Below the pieces are notes generated by a model. It was not told the origin of the DNA and searched no databases. It worked only from the letters and a program-made list of their open reading frames with translations. Made by a program: the position numbers and the translations under genes. Shown piece by piece: positions 36,153 through 42,215 of a stretch of DNA of 42,215 bases; within the stretch, counting starts at the first letter, position 1; the number at the start of each line of letters is the position of its first letter. The DNA comes from Verrucomicrobiota bacterium (GTDB lineage: Bacteria; Verrucomicrobiota; Verrucomicrobiia; Verrucomicrobiales; DEV007): positions 1-42,215 of the forward strand of contig JASFYY010000034.1 of NCBI GenBank assembly GCA_045046875.1, written 5' to 3'.

Positions 36153-36983
36153 CTATTGAATCCCCCCCGCTCCAGGCCCAATCGGCATTTGTCGTTGCTG
36201 GAATCCCTCTGGTATTTCAAACAAAGCCGGATCCAGCCCCTTGTTTGAGATCTCTGTCAGCTGATCCGTGCGTTTGAGTTTCGAGTTTTCAAAATGATCC
36301 GCTTTGACCGGCAGTTGATTACCCTTGGCCAGCAACATCTGAATTTTCATTTTCTGCTTCATCGGCCCCGGCAGACTTTTCATCAATTTGCCCAGAAACG
36401 CCTGGAACTTCTGCAAGGTGGCATACTCCACATCACCGATTTCCAAATCCGCACGGTCAATCAGGTAATAATCAATGGTCTTTTTGCCATCTTCCAGCAC
36501 CTCGACCACCTGCGTTTGATAATCCCCGACTTTTTCCTTCCTTCCGGTTTCCACATATTTGATCACCGGCGTTTTTCCCCCGCCCAACAAACCTGCTCCC
36601 ATTTTGCTCATCATCGCCCGCATCTGCTCGCGCTGGGCTTCAGGCATGTTGGCCATTTTGGCTTCGAGCTGCGCTTGCAAACCCGTCAACGCACCCATCA
36701 TTTTTTCCATCATCGCCGGATCCATGGTCATGTATTTTTTTTCGCTCATCTGAAGGATGAAAACCTTGTCGGCCAACGCATCGTAAATCATCGCGTTTTT
36801 ACCGTCCGGCATATCGATCCTCATTTTGCCGGCACGAATCAACATCTTCTGGGACTCCCCCGGCGATCCGTCTTTACTGGTTTTGCTGTAAACCAACGTA
36901 TTATCGGCATGCGCCGAGCCCAGCAAAGCCGCGCCGACCGCCAGAACGCTCGCGATGGATAGTATCAGTGTTTTGTTTTTCAT
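36153..36983 (-). CDS. DUF4412-like exported protein
   Basis: Signal peptide; KMRIDM...MIYD...KKYM; Met/Gln-rich helical insert; TGRKEKVGDY; LDPALFEIPEGF. Confidence 0.75.
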   Translation of the reverse strand: MKNKTLILSIASVLAVGAALLGSAHADNTLVYSKTSKDGSPGESQKMLIRAGKMRIDMPDGKNAMIYDALADKVFILQMSEKKYMTMDPAMMEKMMGALTGLQAQLEAKMANMPEAQREQMRAMMSKMGAGLLGGGKTPVIKYVETGRKEKVGDYQTQVVEVLEDGKKTIDYYLIDRADLEIGDVEYATLQKFQAFLGKLMKSLPGPMKQKMKIQMLLAKGNQLPVKADHFENSKLKRTDQLTEISNKGLDPALFEIPEGFQQRQMPIGPGAGGIQ

Positions 36984-36985
36984 CT

Positions 36986-37708
36986 TTATTGTTTTTTGAT
37001 CTCTTTTAATTTTTCCGGGCTCACCGGACGTAAGAAAAATTCGGTCCCCTCAGGCACGCTGATACTGGGATCCTCTTGGAACAAACGCTCGTCATACAAC
37101 AGCCACACCGTCCCATCCGCTGCTGCCTTGAGTTTACGTGAACCGAATTTCAAATGAACCGTCAGCCCCCCGGCTCCGGTCACACACTGCACCGCCAACT
37201 GCTGATTGCCATCCTCTCCAAAACGAGTATCCACCTTTTTCATCGCCTGCTTGAACTTCACCAATGACTGGAACACCTGCCGGTATTTCACTTTCCCCTC
37301 CACCACTTTGGGAGGTTCAACCTTACCCATTTCCGGAACCGACAAGGTGAACTTCAAAGACAAGGACCCGCGCGGCTGATTGGATACCATCAGTGGATTT
37401 TCTTCCATCAAGCTTTCGGAAAAAGGCAGAGAAAAATGCCCCTTGTCATCAAGCGGCAAAGTCAACGGCCCCTTTTTTAACTGCAAGGTCAATACAATCT
37501 GATCCAGAGGCACTTGATTATTACTGGCCAGAACAAAAGTCAGTTGCCCTTCCATCTTGTTTTGGCTGGAATCACTTTGCGCGATTTTGACCAATTCATG
37601 ATATGGCAGTTGAGCCACCGCAGCTTGTTTCTCTGCCGAAGCCTGGTTTTGGCTAAAACCAAAACCGGCCATCCCTACCATGCAAAATATAAAAATCCAT
37701 TGACGCAT
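36986..37708 (-). CDS. Exported hypothetical protein (DUF2987-like, weak)
   Basis: Signal peptide; LPLDDKGHFSLP....L.EENP...SNQPRGSL; 2 bp upstream of the next gene. Confidence 0.65.
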   Translation of the reverse strand: MRQWIFIFCMVGMAGFGFSQNQASAEKQAAVAQLPYHELVKIAQSDSSQNKMEGQLTFVLASNNQVPLDQIVLTLQLKKGPLTLPLDDKGHFSLPFSESLMEENPLMVSNQPRGSLSLKFTLSVPEMGKVEPPKVVEGKVKYRQVFQSLVKFKQAMKKVDTRFGEDGNQQLAVQCVTGAGGLTVHLKFGSRKLKAAADGTVWLLYDERLFQEDPSISVPEGTEFFLRPVSPEKLKEIKKQ

Positions 37709-37763
37709 CACGGAGAAACATTGCTGGTTTTACGCACCGCGTCGAATCAAAAAACACGAATTT

Positions 37764-38657
37764 TCAACCGTCCTGCTTGCCCTGTTGATAAAGCCGCAAA
37801 CCATCGGCACACATCGAAGTCGGGTTAGCCACTTGATAATCTGTCCAAACTTCCGCAGGCACCCCCGCCTTGAACGCCTGTTCCATTTGAAAAGCTTCAT
37901 ACAAAATCTGTAAAGAGCTTTCATCCACCCCTTCTTTAAAACGAGCGGCGACAAACTCATCCGCCGCTTTCACCGCAACTTTATACCGCTGCAAATGATC
38001 CTCAACATCGTCCACCTGCCCAAAATGAGTAAGATACATTTTTGAATACCCGCCCCGCAACAGCAAATCCAACGATTGTAAATAAGCTGCCGCGTCAAAT
38101 TGCGGCGGCGCACTGGCTACAGATATATACGACTGCCCGGCCAAACGCACCCCCGCCACATCTCCCGAAAAAACCACATCGTCGGAGGCAAAAACATGGT
38201 GATGCCGAGCGTGCCCCGGGGTGTCGAGCGCCACCAGCAAACTATCCCCTACCGGCACCTCATCCCCGTCTTTCACGATCACCACCCGCTCGGCAGCCGC
38301 AGGCAACATCTCTCCCCACAGCTCATCCATGCGATCACCGTAAACCATACGCGCGCTTTCCATCAGACGGGTAGGGTCGATCAAATGCCGCGCCCCCTTG
38401 TTATGGACATACACCGTAGCGCCCTGCCCCGCCCACCACCCGGCGGCTCCGGCATGATCCAGGTGAATATGAGTGACCAGGACCTTTTTCACATCGGCGA
38501 CACAAAAACCCAAAGCCTCTATCCCCTCCCGCAATACCGGCAACGTCGAACCCGGCCCTGTCTCGACCAAGGCCAGCTCTCCCCCGCTTTCGATCAAAAA
38601 AGCGGCGATCACTCCCTCCACATTCTGAAACTTTAAATCAATCGTATGCACTTTCAT
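37764..38657 (-). CDS. MBL-fold metallo-hydrolase
   Basis: LVETGPGST; THIHLDHAG (HxHxDH); TPGHARHH; FSGD; LTHFG. Confidence 0.92.
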   Translation of the reverse strand: MKVHTIDLKFQNVEGVIAAFLIESGGELALVETGPGSTLPVLREGIEALGFCVADVKKVLVTHIHLDHAGAAGWWAGQGATVYVHNKGARHLIDPTRLMESARMVYGDRMDELWGEMLPAAAERVVIVKDGDEVPVGDSLLVALDTPGHARHHHVFASDDVVFSGDVAGVRLAGQSYISVASAPPQFDAAAYLQSLDLLLRGGYSKMYLTHFGQVDDVEDHLQRYKVAVKAADEFVAARFKEGVDESSLQILYEAFQMEQAFKAGVPAEVWTDYQVANPTSMCADGLRLYQQGKQDG

Positions 38658-38671
38658 AAAAATATCTCCTT

Positions 38672-40555
38672 CTAATTCTTATCTTTCAAGTTACTCTCAG
38701 TCTTCGATTTTGAGCGTGCGCCCGAACGAACAACCAAATCAGTGATCAGTTCAATATCCACAGCAAGATCCCCCGCCAACATCAGCGCCGATTTTTCGGC
38801 CAGAAGCTTCAGTGTTTGTGACGACGGCTCCCGGCCCGCTTCGATAAAACAGCGCAAGCGAATTTGATCTGCTTCGAACTGCAAAGGCGCAAAACGAAGT
38901 TTCGAATGATCGAGTCCCGCTGATTCAAAAATCGCCTCAAATTCCTGCTTCAATTCGACCGGCACACGACGCGGTTGATGAAAAAAACGATCCGCCAACT
39001 TGGAAACCACGGTAGAACCCAGTGGAACCACCAGCAAGGCCAACAAGAGAATCAAACCCGCCAGCGAGCGCGTCACCCACAATCGGCTATTTTTTTCCTT
39101 ACTCGGCCGAATGCCCGCCACATAGAAATTCAACGCCGCGCCGAGAATGATCGCCACCACATTGGTGGTGAACAAAAGCGAAGCCCCCTGGGCATTCGCC
39201 CCATCCCCCAAAGCGACCGATATCCCCACCGTTGCGATTGGTGGCACCAAAGCCGCAGCGATCGCCACCCCCGCCAAGGCTGACGACAAGGTCGGTCGTG
39301 CGATGCAATACGAAGCGGCAATGCCCGACAAAAAAGCCACCCCCATATCAAGTAAAGTCGGCCCTCCACGATTGAGCAATTCAGCAGTGAGCTCGGTGAT
39401 CGGAGCCAACAAACCCGCCACCGCACCAACCCCCACCGCCGCAACAAATCCAAACAAAATCGAGCGGAAACACGTTCGCATCAGCGGAAAATTGCCCTGC
39501 ACCAAAGCCAAACCCGCCCCTAACAATGGCGTCATCAAAGGCGCCACCAACATCGCTCCGATCACCACTGCCGTGCTATTTTGGATCAATCCCAAAGCTG
39601 CAATCCCCGTCGACAGCAATATCAATACCATGAAATCAAAACTCCACCGTGACTGGGTGTGCAAACGCTCGAACAAGGCAATGCGCTCCTCACGAGCCAG
39701 TTGCGGCACTCTCAACCGGCAAAACTGCTCAACCCGATTACGCAAACGGTGGGTCAATGAGCGACCGGAACGCATCACCGCCACCGCCAGAGGATCATCC
39801 GCAGCCAGCAACCGGTTAGGCACCGTGCCAAAAAGTCGACGCCGGAGGAAGCTGCTGTTGGAGGCACCGATTATGAGCAAATCATGTTTTCCCTCTTCAG
39901 CCAAATGGGCGATCACCTGATTGAACTGATCGCTGTTGACCACCTGCAGTTGAACGTGTTGTTCATCCCCCGGATCGATGTCCGCCTCTTTGAGATTGCG
40001 CTGCAAAATGCGTTTACCCACTTCCTCACCATCCTGGTCAGCCATACCCGACTGGATGAACAGTGCCGTCAACGATCCCTGCCAACGGTGCGCCAGACGG
40101 TTGGCTACTTTAAGGGCCGACCGGGCGTGGGGTCCACCTGCCGTAGGAACCAGAATGGAATCACATTCACTGGGCAAATGCGGGCCGATGCGCAGCGCCA
40201 GAGTATCACAACAAGCCCCGTCAAACACCTCGCGTGCGATTTTGTCCGCCTGACCATCCGGCAACGGCGACTCCGTGCGGTTTTTATCGACCAATAACAA
40301 AGTCGGAGAACAGCGGTCCACTTGAATCAATGCCCAATCAGAGGTCAATGTCCCATCACTCTGCAAACGTTTGATCTCTGGCAACTCAACTTCCCGCTCC
40401 TGCCATTTTTGCAAACAGGCTTCAATGCCCTCAAGCGCCGCTTGCTCAAAAATCAAAATGAGCTCCGGCTCCATCTCCGCCAAAGCAAAAAGCAGCGCCC
40501 AATGAGTGATGCGCTCCGCTTCAGCAGGATTACAGATAATAACAGCTACAGCCAT
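38672..40555 (-). CDS. Universal-stress-protein domains fused to a DUF389 membrane domain
   Basis: ILVPTAGGPHA, DLLIIGAS...LFGTVP; IAALGLIQNSTAVVIGAMLVAPLMTP; LAGVAIAAALVPP. Confidence 0.88.
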   Translation of the reverse strand: MAVAVIICNPAEAERITHWALLFALAEMEPELILIFEQAALEGIEACLQKWQEREVELPEIKRLQSDGTLTSDWALIQVDRCSPTLLLVDKNRTESPLPDGQADKIAREVFDGACCDTLALRIGPHLPSECDSILVPTAGGPHARSALKVANRLAHRWQGSLTALFIQSGMADQDGEEVGKRILQRNLKEADIDPGDEQHVQLQVVNSDQFNQVIAHLAEEGKHDLLIIGASNSSFLRRRLFGTVPNRLLAADDPLAVAVMRSGRSLTHRLRNRVEQFCRLRVPQLAREERIALFERLHTQSRWSFDFMVLILLSTGIAALGLIQNSTAVVIGAMLVAPLMTPLLGAGLALVQGNFPLMRTCFRSILFGFVAAVGVGAVAGLLAPITELTAELLNRGGPTLLDMGVAFLSGIAASYCIARPTLSSALAGVAIAAALVPPIATVGISVALGDGANAQGASLLFTTNVVAIILGAALNFYVAGIRPSKEKNSRLWVTRSLAGLILLLALLVVPLGSTVVSKLADRFFHQPRRVPVELKQEFEAIFESAGLDHSKLRFAPLQFEADQIRLRCFIEAGREPSSQTLKLLAEKSALMLAGDLAVDIELITDLVVRSGARSKSKTESNLKDKN

Positions 40556-40753
40556 GACTTCGGCTTAAAGCATCTCTCATAAAACCCTCACACTTAAAAG
40601 GTTTTTTTATGTTAAGACAACGCACAAAACCTGCGGTTAAGGTGAAATTCCAGGAAAATCCCATTATCCGCGAAAATCCCTACAAGCTTCAGCCAACTAC
40701 GCGCTTTGAAATGCCTGTAAAGATTTGCCGACCAATCTAGCCGACCGGCTAGC

Positions 40754-41173
40754 CTACCACCACGAACGGTAAGGTCCCCAGGCTCCCCATGCACTAGTGG
40801 CCACCATATTCAAATCTACCGCTTCATTCACAGCTGACTGATGATTTTGTTCAGCCCGGTTCATGTTCGCATCAAGGCCTGAATATCTCAGATAATTGTC
40901 GACCCTGCCCACATACAGGCTTTTGGAAGCAATGCCATCAGCATAAAAATAAAACAGCTCCCCATCCCGATAACGTTTGGTCACCACCAACTGCGGCAAG
41001 GCTTTTAAGTGAGCGAGTTTTTTCGGCGTGTCCGCTTCCAACTTTTTGAAGCCTGCCCGCGAGAGCTCTCTCCTTGTATCTCGGACATTAACCTCTGCCA
41101 CTGACTTACACCCAGCTAGCCCAAGACTGGTCAAAACCAGCATGGTCATTGAAACCCATAGATACTTTTTCAT
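40754..41173 (-). CDS. Hypothetical lipoprotein
   Basis: Lipobox LAGC; LSRAGFK...ADTPKK...L.ALP; YFYAD...LYVG; Trp-rich tail WGAWGPYRSWW. Confidence 0.78.
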   Translation of the reverse strand: MKKYLWVSMTMLVLTSLGLAGCKSVAEVNVRDTRRELSRAGFKKLEADTPKKLAHLKALPQLVVTKRYRDGELFYFYADGIASKSLYVGRVDNYLRYSGLDANMNRAEQNHQSAVNEAVDLNMVATSAWGAWGPYRSWW

Positions 41174-41295
41174 ACTATTTTCCGTTTTTACAATTTAATT
41201 AGCTCGATTAAGCTTGTTTCCAAGCTGAACGACTCACCGTTATTTGCAAACTCTAAATCTTTTTCCATCCGGACCCTCAGCATACGAAAACCACC

Positions 41296-42215
41296 ATGAA
41301 CCCAGACCGCTCCCTCCCCACCAGCACTCGACGTCGATTTCTTAAAACTTCGCTGATCACCGCCGCCTCTTCCCAACTGCTGCCGCCCCTTTTTGCCGCT
41401 GAGCCCAAAAAGAAATCGAGCAAAAAACCTGCAGCGATGCAAAATCAAGTCTGTGTTTTTAATAAACCGCTGCAACACCTGTCCTACGACGAGCAGGCCG
41501 CCCTGGTCGCAGAAATGGGCTTTGCCGGCATCGAAGGCACCGTTCGCAAGGGCGGACACGTCGAGGCAAAAAACGTCGAACGCGACCTGCCCAAACAAAT
41601 CGAAGCGCTCAAAAAACATGGTGTCGAAATGACTCTGATGACCTCCGACATCAACAACATCGACGAAGCCATCAACCGCACGGTTCTCGAAACCGCCGCC
41701 AAGCTCGGTGTGAAACGCTTCCGCATGCGCCCCTACAAATATGACTACGCCCAAGCCATCCCCGGGCAAATCAAAAACTTCCGCCACACCTATCAAGAGC
41801 TGATCAAATACTGCGCCGACCTCGGCATCCGGCCACTCTACCAGAACCACGCCGGAGCCAAATATTACGGCGCCTCGATCTGGGATCTCTACCTGCTGAT
41901 GAAAGACGAACCCAAAGACCAGGTCGGCATGTGTTTTGACATCCGCCACGCCACCGTCGAAGGCGGTCTCTCCTGGCCGACCGAGTTCCATTTGACGAAA
42001 CCCTGGTTCGGCATGGTTTACTGTAAAGACTTTGACTGGGACAAAAAAAAGAAAAAACCTTTCAACGTTCCCCTCGGTACCGGTATGGTCGACTACCCCA
42101 GATTTTTCTCCATGTTAAGAAAAATAAACTACCGCGACCCGATCTCCCTGCACATCGAATACATCGACCACCGTGACCCCAAACTGCAACAGCAATCCAT
42201 CGCCGCCGTGCGCCA
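41296..42215 (+). CDS. Tat-exported sugar-phosphate isomerase/epimerase (xylose-isomerase-like TIM barrel), partial
   Basis: Not in the ORF track because it runs off the window end. MNPDRSLPTSTRRRFLK (Tat); VFNKPLQHL; GIEGTVRKGGHV; YQNHAG; FDIRHATVEGGLSW; KDF; VPLGTGMVD; ISLHIEY. Confidence 0.9.
   Translation, partial: MNPDRSLPTSTRRRFLKTSLITAASSQLLPPLFAAEPKKKSSKKPAAMQNQVCVFNKPLQHLSYDEQAALVAEMGFAGIEGTVRKGGHVEAKNVERDLPKQIEALKKHGVEMTLMTSDINNIDEAINRTVLETAAKLGVKRFRMRPYKYDYAQAIPGQIKNFRHTYQELIKYCADLGIRPLYQNHAGAKYYGASIWDLYLLMKDEPKDQVGMCFDIRHATVEGGLSWPTEFHLTKPWFGMVYCKDFDWDKKKKKPFNVPLGTGMVDYPRFFSMLRKINYRDPISLHIEYIDHRDPKLQQQSIAAVR

Noticed and set aside
39147..39920. 257-aa plus-strand ORF
   Set aside because: Antisense to the DUF389 membrane domain; Ala/Pro/Thr/Lys composition mirrors hydrophobic codons on the other strand.
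41188..41991. 267-aa minus-strand ORF
   Set aside because: Antisense shadow of the Tat-exported epimerase on + (41296 onward), which has clear family motifs.

Overview
A 42-kb chromosomal window from a PVC-superphylum bacterium, most likely Verrucomicrobiota (DUF5069, DUF1501, planctomycete cytochrome c/PSD1, TIGR02989-type ECF sigma, SHD1 proteins, sulfatase, DUF1080). It holds about 36 CDS and no rRNA, tRNA, CRISPR array or intact transposase that I can see. Main blocks: (1) a surface polysaccharide cluster with two sulfotransferases, Wzy, GT4, WcaF and a detached GT2; (2) an ECF sigma / FecR-like anti-sigma / PSD1-cytochrome c / DUF1501 operon; (3) stand-alone kamA, tas, ggt, an ElyC-like gene and an arylsulfatase; (4) an AT-rich islet with an SHD1 protein; (5) feoA-feoB plus an unlisted small Cys-rich gene behind a Fur-like box; (6) an orphan TpsB, DUF4412, an MBL hydrolase, a USP-DUF389 fusion and a partial Tat-exported TIM-barrel epimerase. 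The best novelty candidate is that the anti-sigma's C-terminal sensor domain and the N-terminal domain of the PSD1 cytochrome encoded next to it are visibly paralogous, suggesting matched sensor and effector ligand-binding domains. Also notable are a dispersed family of three-unit, ~10-bp-period repeats (one copy encodes the sigma factor's C-terminus, and one pair forms a 151-bp inverted-repeat element) and a sulfotransferase with no canonical start codon. All family calls come from motif recognition by eye; no searches were run.
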